The notes under the pieces: model-generated
Databases searched by the model: none
What the model was told of the DNA's origin: nothing
What the model saw: only the letters and a program-made list of their open reading frames with translations
Part shown: positions 1 to 11,293 of the stretch, one piece after another
How the letters are laid out: each line of letters begins with the position of its first letter
Numbering within the stretch: the stretch's first letter is position 1
Translations under genes and position numbers: made by a program
Assembly (NCBI RefSeq): GCF_006345805.1
Contig: NC_043001.1
Coordinates: 44,516,001-44,580,000 of the forward strand
DNA length: 64,000 nucleotides
Direction: 5' to 3'
DNA from: Octopus sinensis
Taxonomy: Eukaryota

Positions 1-939
1 GTGGTGGTGGTGATGACGATGATGATGGCGGCGTTGTATTGGACATCTGGATGTGAGTGTAGGAAAATGGTGAGATAGTGACTGAGTGCGGTAGTGCAAT
101 GGTAAAGTACTGGGCGTATGGATAAGGATATGCATATGAATATTTGTGGGGTGGGGGAGCAGCGGGTGTTAGAATGACGTAGTGATGGTGATGGTGATGG
201 TGATGGTGATGGTGATGGTGAGAACAGTGCTGTTATTGTTGCTGTCGTCGTCGTCGTTGCAATATGATCCCAGATCGATTTTGATCGGGAAAAAATCCAT
301 GATATAAGACATTCCAGCCATGACGATTTCGGCTTATTTAGGAATATGTACAGCAACAACATCTGTTGTATTTAATCCTTGAATGTTATTTGAGGGAAAT
401 CTAGCGGCAAAAAAAGCTGCCACAAAGCCGTTCGTAACAGCGGCCATTGTAATTATATTCTTTTCAGTGGTGGCTCGTGTAGAGGCACTGCGGAACTGCA
501 GCTCCCCTTATTTCCACTCGATATTATCGATAACCTTCGATATAATGAGTTTTTTCTTTAATTCTTTCCTTATACTTGTACATTATATAATCCTTAAGCC
601 TAATGTCAGTAGCCATCCCCTAATTTATGAAAAAAATACAAAAACCTTGTATAGAAATGTGCGCTTCACAATTCCAGCGACGTGGTGTTTGGCTGTTGTG
701 CGCATGCTCACATGTCCGGGATAGGAAGCTTCACGCTAGGGAGACACATCACTGTCGTTCACGCCGTGCTGGTGAAAAGTAGTGTTTCTTTTTGACCACA
801 CGTGTGTTGTTCTGGAGCGAACTAACATAGCAGCACGCTATGAAGTGTGGAATTCAATTGTTTTGGTTCACAGGTGGTGGTGTGCATGGAAAGATAAGCA
901 TGTAACACTACATCTGGAGACAATAAAAAGTTGTCGTCA

Positions 940-2091
940 CTGCCTGGAACCAAACTCGGAATCTTGGGTTTAGTATGCCGCGCTCTTAACCACTACGCCA
1001 TATGTCCGTGGGCATCTATGAAGTGGATTTTTAGGGCTTATAAAGCTAATATTTTCCTATCCTTCCTTGATACCAGTTACCATATGCTACTCATATCTGC
1101 ACTAGGTCTGCTTAGAGGTTATTATGTCCTAGCATATGTGCTACCTCTTTTAGTTTTCGTATTTTCCAGTGGCGTTCTCTGTCTATTATTTTAACTTCAT
1201 CCCTCAGGGAGAGGTGGTCTCCGTTTTTCCGTACATGATCAGCCATACCCGATTTATAAATAACTCCTCGTGTCACAGCTTTGCGATGTTCTTCTACCCT
1301 TATTTTGAGGGGACGGCATGTTTTGCCTTTGTATAACCTATCACAGCAGCATGGGATGGAGCACATGCAGTCTTTGGTCTAATTCTCATTCTATTGGTGG
1401 TTTTAATCGGAGATATTTGTGAAGCGTTGTATTACTCTTGAATAATGTCATAATGTCATATGGGCCGCATATCTTTTGTATCTTTTCGGAGAGGCCTTTC
1501 ACATAGGGTAGACTATGGTCAGTTTATGGGTTTCATCTTTTCTCTTCATAATTGGAGTGGATAGTATGTTTCTGGAGTAGTTGTTGCTTAATAGATCGTT
1601 ACTTAATTTGATCATTTCTTCGTGGTGTGTATCAGGATCGCTACTTATATTCTTTGCTCGATGTTTTAGGCACTGAACAATCCCTCTCGTGGATGGTGGG
1701 AATTGAAGTTGAGGTATCGTCCAGTGACGGTTGGCTTGCGGTATACGGATCCATACTTGGTGCTTGTTATTAATATGTCCAAGAATGCTAGCTGATTGTC
1801 TTTTTCTTTTTCCACTGTGAACTGTATGGATGGCTCTATTGAGTTCACATGATCTAACAGTACTTGGACATCTTCCTGGTGGGGCGAGAGTATGAAGGTG
1901 TCATCAACATATCGCAGTTATAAGGAAGGATAGAAAAATATTAGATCTATAAGCCCTAAAATTCACTCCATAACTGCCCACGGGCATATGGCTTAGTGGT
2001 TAAGAGCGCGGGCTACTAACCCCAAGACTCCGAGTTCGGAAAAATACCTTAGGAATGAGAACCCAGGTTCGAAATTCCCCCAGGCTATCTG
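940..2091 (-). mobile_element. Penelope-like retroelement remnant (RT C-terminal half + GIY-YIG endonuclease), 5'-truncated, with inverted copy of its terminal repeat
   Basis: Minus strand reads LRYVDDTFIL at ~1885-1917; ORF 1666-1848 has FTVEKEKDNQLAFLDILI..VYRKPT..YLNFNSHHP; ORF 1112-1366 has CSIPCCCDRLYKGKTCRPLKIRVEEH (degenerate GIY-YIG). Broken by stops and frameshifts. ~955-1070 and ~1918-2038 are inverted copies. Confidence 0.9.
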
Positions 2092-2094
2092 TAA

Positions 2095-2667
2095 AAAGTT
2101 GTTGTGCACATCCCGATCAGTTGAGAACGTGTCAACAGTGCAGGAATGTTTAATCACAGCCCTCAAAAGTCAACACGTCAAGCAGCTAGTGAAAGTGAAC
2201 TAATAAGACAGACAATACGTACGGTATTGCATAAAGAATTGAATTTTCGTCCGTAGAAACCCCATTGCGTGCTGCAGCTCTAACCTGATGGGACGACGCG
2301 GACTTCATGAATGGCCTTCAAGAAGTCCAGATCTCACTCCATGTGATTTTTACATATGAGGTTGCACAAAAGAGATGTAGAAGACAAAATCTCGCACACT
2401 GGAGGACTTGGAGATACGGATTCAGGAGATTCTCAATGATATCCCAGACGACATCCTTCAGAACGTTGTTCATCCCATCCCTTGGCCGTTTAGGGAAACT
2501 GGTTGGCGCCACCGGTGCTTGTGTTGGAATATGAAGATTTACTTTAATTTTCCTATGTAATAAAGAACATATATCATTTGTTTCAATAAATTTGTAAAAG
2601 GAATATGGATTTTATTACCAATTTTCGATGCCTACTTAATTTTCACCTACCTTTGCATCCACCCTGT
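2095..2667 (+). mobile_element. Tc1/mariner-superfamily transposon, 3' remnant
   Basis: tggccttcaagaagtccagatctcactccatgtgatttt translates to WPSRSPDLTPCDF; ends in TIR-like ...ccaccctg followed by TA. Confidence 0.75.
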
Positions 2668-2771
2668 ATACACACACATATATATATATATGAATATGTG
2701 TGTATGTGTGTATGACTATATCTATGCATATATATTTTTTCGGGTACCTATATACCTGCATATATGCATAA

Positions 2772-2821
<50 letters not shown>

Positions 2822-2845
2822 TATATATATATATTCTATATATAT

Positions 2846-3162
2846 ATCAAAATAAGCAACAAGAATGACTCCGGTAATTTGTACGATCGTTTCGTACTAC
2901 ATCATTTTATTAATGTTGTAAGTATTACAACATATTTAAATGCTGAGTACTCATCAGCCAATTATAGAGGTTTTCCATTAATACTTACAACATTTAATAA
3001 AATGATGTAGTACGAAACGATCGTACCAAATTATCGGAGTCATTCTTGTTGCTTATTTTGATTATAATCACCCCACGGATTTTTATGGATACACCATACA
3101 AAATTCTGGTGCATCTAAATTAAGTACCATATTCATTTGAATCTAAATTTTTGCTGAACTTA
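2846..3162. mobile_element. Short non-coding foldback element with hammerhead, flanked on both sides by (TA)n; probable non-autonomous PLE derivative
   Basis: Inverted arms 2846-2927 and 2979-3062 (~82 bp, few differences); HHR on the minus strand; (TA)n on both sides. Confidence 0.7.
2876..2963 (-). ncRNA. Type I hammerhead ribozyme motif with extended stem II
   Basis: Minus strand: AATTGG-CTGATGA-GTACT..ATGTTGTAA-TAC-TTACAACAT..AGTAC-GAAA-CGATCG-TA-CAAATT. Canonical core, palindromic stem III (ACGATCGT), GUA cleavage triplet; stem I has one mismatch. Confidence 0.75.
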
Positions 3163-3244
3163 TATATATATGTATATATATATAACACACACACACACAA
3201 CACACATATATATATATATATATTATATATATACACACACATAC

Positions 3245-3275
<31 letters not shown>

Positions 3276-3298
3276 TATATACATATATATATATACAT

Positions 3299-3343
<45 letters not shown>

Positions 3344-3425
3344 ATATATATATATATATATATATATACATATTTATATACATATATATATTATATATAT
3401 AGATATATATATATATATATTATAG

Positions 3426-3458
<33 letters not shown>
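3163..3458. repeat. (TA)n/(CA)n microsatellite
   Basis: Direct inspection. Confidence 0.95.
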
Positions 3459-3459
<1 letters not shown>

Positions 3460-3620
3460 GGTGTGTGGTATAATTTTATATATACTCTATTTAAGCACAG
3501 AAAAATTCACAAAACTTTTTGTTGAATTTTCTGCTGCTTTAAATAAAGCATATTACTCTACCGCTGGTATTTGAGTACTCTTTTTTCCACCTTGTTTCAC
3601 ATTTATGTGTTTACTCCGTA
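3460..3620. repeat. Short element in (TA)n with an imperfect inverted repeat (3490-3543)
   Basis: tttaagcacagaaaaattcacaaaa / ttttgttgaattttctgctgctttaaa; flanked by TA repeats. Confidence 0.45.
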
Positions 3621-3677
3621 ATATATATTATATAATATATATATATATATATATAATAATATAATATATATAATATA

Positions 3678-3708
<31 letters not shown>

Positions 3709-3924
3709 CACATAAGAGAGAGAAAGAGGCAGGAAAGATTGAGTGTAAGAGAATGGAAATATATTGTATATATATATAAGTTATATATAGGTTTATATAT
3801 ACACATATATACATACGTGTATGCATATAAAATGTGCGTTTATATATGTGTGTGTATGCATGCGTGTTTGTATATATATGTATATATAGATACATATATA
3901 TACAAATATATAGATACATATATA

Positions 3925-4149
3925 CAGTAATCCCTCGTCACCTATCGAGGTTAACCTATCACGGTTTGTTATTTAAGTTCACGTCGATTCTTCCGTGGTA
4001 TTTTTTCGCAATTATAATAAAATAAGTATATACAAATTATAAAAATAATTTTAAAATATATACAGTACAGTATTGGTTCTACTTCGCGGATTTTCACCTA
4101 TTGCATGAGGTGTTGGAACGTAACACCCGCGATAGTTGAGGGATTACTA
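3925..4149. mobile_element. MITE, Tigger/pogo-like
   Basis: TIRs CAGTAATCCCTC / GAGGGATTACTA, TA flanks, ~225 bp non-coding. Confidence 0.75.
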
Positions 4150-4298
4150 TATTCATGTAATTCTCTACAATTGCAGTGTGGAAGGTGTTTATAAGCCATT
4201 TAAAAAACACGCGAAAACCGTTAGATTCACTTCAACATTTAAATTTAATTTCCGTCGCTTTGAGACCGCGACCTGTTCACTGACAAAATTCCGTACTG

Positions 4299-4315
4299 AA
4301 TAATAATAATAATAA

Positions 4316-4353
<38 letters not shown>

Positions 4354-4381
4354 TAATAATATGATAATGATAATAATAATA

Positions 4382-4435
<54 letters not shown>

Positions 4436-4569
4436 CAATGATAATAATAATAATAATATACATATTTGCATACATACATACATACCTACATACATTCATA
4501 CATACACACACACACACACACACCACACACACATACATACATACATACATACATACATACATACATACA

Positions 4570-4601
<32 letters not shown>

Positions 4602-4626
4602 CACATACATATATTTACATACATAT
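4299..4626. repeat. (TAA)n followed by (CATA)n/(CA)n microsatellites
   Basis: Direct inspection. Confidence 0.95.
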
Positions 4627-4836
4627 CTATGAAATCATTGAAATTTCTTCATTCATAACTTTGCTGCTATGTTGCAAATAATCATTGCCAGTAACATTGA
4701 TTTTATATATGGTGATACCACCTCACACCGCTTACATACACTCTACTTTGTTTATGATTAATGCTCACATTCTGCACAGACTATTAGCTATACTTATTTT
4801 CTGCAGTAAATTTGGGATGTATGCTTTAATGTATTT

Positions 4837-4936
4837 NNNNNNNNNNNNNNNNNNNNNNNNNNNNNNNNNNNNNNNNNNNNNNNNNNNNNNNNNNNNNNNN
4901 NNNNNNNNNNNNNNNNNNNNNNNNNNNNNNNNNNNN
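4837..4936. other. Assembly gap (100 N)
   Basis: Run of N; true size unknown. Confidence 1.
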
Positions 4937-6000
4937 AAGTGGAGAGAAATAGAAAAAGCAAAGCAGAAAACTGTTTGTGCTTGTTTGTATTTAGAGACAA
5001 ACAGAGGCAGACAGACAGACAGTCGGACGGACGGACGGACGGATGGATGGATGGATGGATGGATGGATGGACAGAAAGACAGATAGAAAGAGGAGAGATA
5101 CGAGAGGGAGACCGAGAGGCAGGGAAATGAAGAAAATATGAAGTCAACAGAGTAATTGATAGAGAGAACACGTTCATTGGTGGTGGATGTGTGGTGGTGG
5201 TGGTGGTGGTGGCGGCGGTGTTGCGGCGTCGGCAGCGGTGGTAGGAGAAAGCGGCGAAAAAATAAAAAGGAGTCCGCCATCCCCTCTTCTCCTTCTCGTC
5301 ATTATACCACTCCCCCCCCACCCCCCGTCATTTTCACTACCAAATTCTCACTATCCAAGAAAAGCTATCCCAACCGTATAAATTCAAGTAACGGTGAGTG
5401 AGAAACAAAGAGACAGAACGAGTGAGTGAGTGAGTGAGCGAGTGAGTGAGGAGTGAGTGAGCGAGTGCGTGAGTGAGTGAGTGAGCGAGTGAGTGAGTGA
5501 GAGAGTGGGTAAGCGTGGAAGAAGGAAGACCAGAGGAGGGAGAGGAGTGCTGATAGAATGATGGTATTGGAGGGGGGACATTGTTTGTAGTGGTGAATGT
5601 AATAGCGATGATGATCATAGAGGTGATTGTCCAAGGTGTAGTGGTGGTGATATTGGAGAGGAAGGAACCTTAGGCTTAACGTGACGCCCCTTCTCCACCA
5701 CCAAACTGTCAACGTCGCTGTACGGCCGCCGACATCACTGAACCCCATTCCTCTCTACACTACCACTTCTACCCTCACGCGTATTATTACTACCACCACT
5801 ACCACCACTACCACCACCACCACCACACGTATCGCTGCCACCACTCTCTCTCTCCCTACTAATACCACTACCACCCCCTTGCTGTACTCTCATTACCGCT
5901 ATATCAACAACAACGCCGCCGCCGCCACCATCATTATCACTAAGCTAAGCTAGGTATGTGATTCACTCATTCAATGAGTCAGTCAGAAGTTAGGTTGTCA

Positions 6001-6498
6001 GTCAGTCCAGCTGTCTGATACTTTCCCGTTTTCTCTGTGTGAATGTCTGTGCGTGGTGTGTATGTGTGTGTGTGTGTGTGTATGTGTGTGTGTGTGTGTG
6101 CATGCATATAAGTCTATCTTTATCGGTGTGTACATCTATGATTGTGTGTACATCAGTCCAGCTGTCTAATGATGTCTCTCTCTCTCCCTCCCTCCGTCCC
6201 TCCCTCCCTCTCTCTCCCACGATCCCCCCTCTCTCCCTCTCTCTCTTAGTTTCTCAGTATATATTTGCTTACATCAGTCCAGCTATCTGATACCCTCTCT
6301 CCATCTCTCCATCTCTCCTTCTGTATGTATGCGTTTGTGCCGTACATCAGACCAGCTGCCTGATACTATCTCCCTCTCCATTTTCTTTCTTTCCCCTTTT
6401 TCTCTCTGCCTCTCTTTTCTCTCACTCATATATTATTTGTATCAAATATATATATATATATGTATGTATGTATGTATGTATATATATATGTCCGTATG

Positions 6499-6535
<37 letters not shown>

Positions 6536-6721
6536 TTGTGTATATGTGTATATATATGTATATATCCTCCAGCTGTCTGATATTTCTATATGTTGTGTGT
6601 GTGTGTGTGTGTATACATCTGTCCAGTTGTCAGATACTCTCTCTTCTCTTTTCTATCTCTTTCTCTCTCTCCCTCTGTCTCTCTCTCTCTCCCTCTCTCT
6701 CCCTTTCCCTCTCCCTCAACA

Positions 6722-6760
<39 letters not shown>

Positions 6761-6850
6761 TTACATAGATACATAGATACATGTGTGTTGGGGGTAGGGT
6801 AGGTATGCAAGTATCTATTTGCCTCTAAATGAATCCAGCTGTTTGATGTT
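6001..6850 (+). repeat. Array of seven ~20-bp motifs (CATCAGTCCAGCTGTCTGATA) separated by microsatellite spacers
   Basis: Copies at ~6002, 6151, 6272, 6345, 6567, 6616, 6833. Confidence 0.8.
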
Positions 6851-7278
6851 GTCTTTTTTCAGTTTGAGCGCATGAGCCTATCATTGGTTAGTCAGAGTAT
6901 ACTTGAATTAAATAAAATTTCGAAGTTGTCACCCCTAGCTTTTCTTGATAGAATTAGATGTTTATTAATTGATTGTTCTCAGTACTATGGAGAGAAGGTG
7001 TAATTCTAATTAATATTTATTAACTTACTACATTAACTGCACGAACGCACATTTAATGTTACGTATTCATCCAGCAGGCATTTCATTGCGGGTGCGTGTG
7101 TGTGTGTGTGTGTGTGTGTGCATGTGTGTGTTTGCGCGTGTGTGTATGTGCATGTATGTTAGTGTATCTGAATGTATTACATTGTATCAATTTGTGTGCA
7201 CGATACTGTGTACTTCTGTCTCCATGTCTCTCTCTCTCTATGTATATATATACATATGTGTGTGTGTGTGTGTGTGTG

Positions 7279-7310
<32 letters not shown>

Positions 7311-7336
7311 ATGTATGAATGAATGTATGTTGTATG

Positions 7337-7367
<31 letters not shown>

Positions 7368-7395
7368 ATATATGTGTGTGGTGTGTGTGTGTGTA

Positions 7396-7585
7396 TAGTG
7401 AGAATCTACAAAAAAACAAAAGACGAAGACGGGTGGGTAAACAACAAACGGATGTATTAGTTTAACGCTCGGGAAGTGAGAAAGTCTTTTACATTTCGAG
7501 CCTACGCTCTTCGACAGAAAGGAACACAGAAATAAACAGGGAGAGAAAATAGAAAATAGAAAAAGTTTTAGTGATCAATCAAAAT
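7396..7585 (-). mobile_element. Short PLE-type terminal element with minimal HHR-like motif (7486-7521); same family as 61048-61180
   Basis: Minus strand: CTTT-CTGTCGA-A-GAGC-GTAG-GCTC-GAAA-TGTA-AAAG; sequence shared with the 61 kb copy; embedded in microsatellites. Confidence 0.65.
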
Positions 7586-7818
7586 ATGTATGTATGTATG
7601 TATGTATGTATGATGTATGTATGTATGTATGTATGTATGTATGTATGTATGCATGCATGTATGTATGTATGTATGTATGTATGTATGTATGTATGTATGT
7701 ATGTATGTATCTATGCATGCATGTATGTATGTATGTATGTATGTATATATGGATGTATGTATGTATGTATGTATATATATATATATATATATTATATGTA
7801 TGTATGTATGTATCTATC

Positions 7819-7887
<69 letters not shown>

Positions 7888-7906
7888 CATGTATGTATGT
7901 ATGCAT
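7586..7906. repeat. (TATG)n compound microsatellite
   Basis: Direct inspection. Confidence 0.95.
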
Positions 7907-8299
7907 GTGGGGGTGTATGTTTGAAAAAAGGTTTAGTTAAAAATCAAAATTCCATAAATCTTTGAGTAAGCGAAAGTGCTTACTCAAAATTTCTGTCTTT
8001 CATCGGTGCTGTGTTAATCTGCTTTTATATATAAAAAGAAAGAAAAACACTTTACATTATTAATCATTTTGAACTTTAACAAAGTGTTTTTCAAATCTTA
8101 TAACTTCGATATTTTTCTTAAATTTTTAGACGAATGTGTGTGGTGGGGGAGTGTATTTGGTACGAATGTCGTCGTTTGCAAGCGATATGACTTCGTAGTA
8201 TGTACCATGCTTTAGCTAATTGCTCTGGGTATCTATGTAGTCGAGGGCAAGCACATACGTAGCATCCATGTTTTCCAGACTTTTTCAGGGAGACATGTT

Positions 8300-9785
8300 T
8301 ATCAAAAGGGAACAAAAATCTCCTTGACAATAGAATCCTCAATGCACTTGTTGTAGCACTCCATCCACTTCATAAAGGCCCCATGGATGCCCTCCGAAAT
8401 GAAGGTGGTCAGGACTTTTGTCACACCTTCCGTCATCTTCAAAATGACTGGCTCCTGAGGTTCTCTTTCAACTTGAGAAGCAACCAAAAGTCTTAGGGAG
8501 AAAGGACTTGACTGTAGGGAGAGTGGGGGACAATTCTGATGCCCATCTCTGTCAAGTAGTTAGTTACCAGGATGCTCATCACCGAGCAGCCAGGAAATAA
8601 AAGTTGCACAAATTTTGTACACGTTCAGATCTTCATGAATAATTCGATGCACAGTTGCCACACCAACTCCAAACTGTATGCTGTCTTTATAGACACATGA
8701 CGGTCTTCATCGAGACAATTCCGAATTTTCCCAACCAGCTCTGATGTTCTGACGTCCCCCCTCCCACCCACGCCACTCATCGTCACTCACTTCCTCTCTA
8801 CCGTCCTTGAACCACTTCTTATTTCTTTATTGTCCACAAGGGGCTAAACATAGAGGGGACAAACAAGGACAGACAAAGGGATTAAGTCGATTACATCGAC
8901 CCCAGTGCGTAACTGGTATTTAATTTATTGATCCCGAAAGGATGAAAGGCAAAGTTGACCTCGGCCAAATTTGAACTCAGAACGTAACGGCAGACGAAAT
9001 ACCTATTTATTTACTACCCACAAGGGGCTAAATGCAGAAGGGACAAACAAGGACTGCCAAACGGATTAAGTCGATTATATCGACCCCAGTCCGTAACTGG
9101 TACTTATTTATTTAATCGACCCCGAAAGGATGAAGGGCAAATTCGACCTCGGCGGAATTTGAACTCAGAACGTAACGCCAGACGAAATACCTATTTCTTT
9201 ACTACCCACAAGGAGCTAAACACAGAAGGGACAAACAAGGCCTGCCAAACGGATTAAGTCGATTATATCGACTCCAGTCCGTAACTGGTACTTATTTATT
9301 TAATCGACCCCGAAAGGATGAAAGGCAAAGTCGACCTGGGCGGAATTTGAACTCAGAACGTAGCGGCAGACGAAATACCGGTAAGCATTTCGCCCGGCGT
9401 GCAAACGTTTCTGCCAGCTCGACGCCTTCTTCTTCTTGAACCTCTTTTTCTACCAGTGAAAAACAACTGCTTGGCTCTTACAAATTAACCCATAAGCTGT
9501 CTGAAGCATTTCATAACTTCCTATGGCATTTTTTTTTTTTTTTGCCCAGTTCAACAATGTCTTCACGTGCCGACTGCATTCTGCAAACCAGTCAACTGTG
9601 ACAAGCAGTGTTTAAGTAGAGTGTGTCCAAAGTGCTGCTACAGCCGTCTCCATCAGTCTGGAATAACAATATGTGGCATGTCAGCTTATTGGATGTATAG
9701 TAATGATATACTAAAATTATATTAATCTAGGACTGTTATAACAGTATCCTCTAAGAAGTTTCAAAACTTCTTGGATGCACCTCGT
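8300..9785 (-). mobile_element. Decayed mariner transposon interrupted by a SINE
   Basis: Minus strand ~8480-8530 reads PHSPYSQVLSP*DFWLL (YSPDLAPxD motif); C-terminal WMECYNKCIE; TIR-like ...cttggatgcacctcgt at ~9770-9785. Confidence 0.7.
8817..9426 (-). mobile_element. SINE family A, one head plus three tandem ~188-bp body units
   Basis: Head GGCG.CGAGCTGGCAGAAACG..; units ~8817-9003, 9004-9191, 9192-9379 each carry B-box-like GAGTTCAAATT; TSD-like CTTGAACC(A/T)CT at 8806-8816 and 9435-9445. Confidence 0.9.
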
Positions 9786-9954
9786 GGAGACTCCTTCATC
9801 TCTTATACCTTCGACCCAACAGAACGCTCAGCTTAGTACACAGGAGCAATGCAAAATGAAATCGTTGCTTAATGACACAATGCACCATTCCGTTCAGGAA
9901 TAGAAGCCACCTTATCAAATGAAACGCTCACCTTAACTAATAGACTGTCATGTC

Positions 9955-10180
9955 ATGCTCGCACCTTCACATGCCCACACGCATACATGTGTGTGTGTGT
10001 GTGTGTGTGGTGCGTGCATGAGATTACTAGGCCACGCTCGCACCTTCACATGCTCACACGCGTACATGTGTGTGTGTGAGTGTGTATGTGTGTGTGTGAC
10101 GCGTGCATGAGATTACTAGACCACGCTCGCACCTTCACATGCCCACACGCATACATGTGTGTGTGTGGTGCGTGCATGAA
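9955..10180 (+). repeat. Three tandem ~80-90 bp units with internal (GT)n
   Basis: GCTCGCACCTTCACATGC.CACACGC starts at ~9957, 10036 and 10125. Confidence 0.85.
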
Positions 10181-10791
10181 ATTCAGTTCGTCTGATATAG
10201 TACGTATATTATGGTTTAGTTGCTGTTGTGACTATGTTATTTGCGTCGATACATAGAGCTGCAAATGTCGCACCACTACCGTTATACTTAGCGGCTGTCA
10301 ACATGCAGACAACTATGGCCATCACTGACTAATTACCTTATTCAATAGCTGTCAAGAATGCCTGTGCTGAAATTTAAAGTCGATAATAGCTTGCACAACA
10401 CCGCTAAGTGTCTCACCTACAAACCAAGTAATCCAGAAACATGAAATAGCAAGATCTCCGGCTTCGCAATGAAGCGGGTGTTGTTTCGGAATTTCTTCCT
10501 GGAGAGATGTTTAAATAAAGATTCTGGGGATCTCTCACTTCTAGCTGTTGGTTGGCTATTGACTCTATTGAGTTCATCCGTCCTTTGGCAGGTTTTGCGA
10601 AGCATCAAACGAAAACAATCCTCCTTACCAAGCAAGCTTGATAGAGTTGCCAGCTTTGTCGCCAATTGCCCAACCATACGACAGGTTGTACTGGATAACA
10701 TATTACCAGTAGCACTAAGACTAACCTAACACACACACACACACACGCACATGCACACGCACACGCACACACACATACATACATACATACA

Positions 10792-10822
<31 letters not shown>

Positions 10823-10876
10823 GTGAGTGTGTGTGTGCGTGCGAGTGTGTGTGTGTGTGTATATATGTCTGTCTGT

Positions 10877-11293
10877 CTTATTTCTTTATTACCCACAAGG
10901 GGCTAAACATAGAAGGGACAAATAAGGACAGACAAAGAGATTAAGTCGATTACATCGACCCCAGTGAGTAACTGGTACTTAATTTATCGACCCCGAAAGG
11001 ATGAAAGGCAAAGTCGACCTCGGCGGAATTTGAACTCAGAACGTAACGCCAGACGAAATACCTATTTCTTTACTGCCCACAAGGGGCTAAACACAGAGGG
11101 GACAGACAAGGACAGACAAAGAGATTAAGTCGATTTCATTGACCTCAGTGCGTAACTGGTACTTAAATTATCGGCCCCGATAGAATGAAAGGCAAAGTCG
11201 ACCTCGGCGGAATTTGAACTCAGAACGTAGCGCCAGACGAAATACCAATAAGCATTTCGCCCGGCGTGCTAACGTTTCTGCCAGCTCGCCGCC
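10877..11293 (-). mobile_element. SINE family A, one head plus two tandem body units
   Basis: Same family as 8817; unit junction GAAATACCTATTTC at ~11056-11069; TSD-like TGTCT(G/A)TCTGT. Confidence 0.9.

Noticed and set aside
1982-2040. Functional tRNA gene
   Set aside because: Acceptor and anticodon stems are incomplete and it lies within a retroelement terminal repeat; the same applies to the SINE heads.
4937-5950. Host gene first exon or promoter
   Set aside because: CpG-richer low-complexity sequence is suggestive, but no definable exon, start site or protein similarity can be supported from the sequence alone.
6001-6850. CRISPR-like repeat-spacer appearance
   Set aside because: Eukaryotic context, degenerate repeats, low-complexity spacers of very unequal length, and no cas genes.
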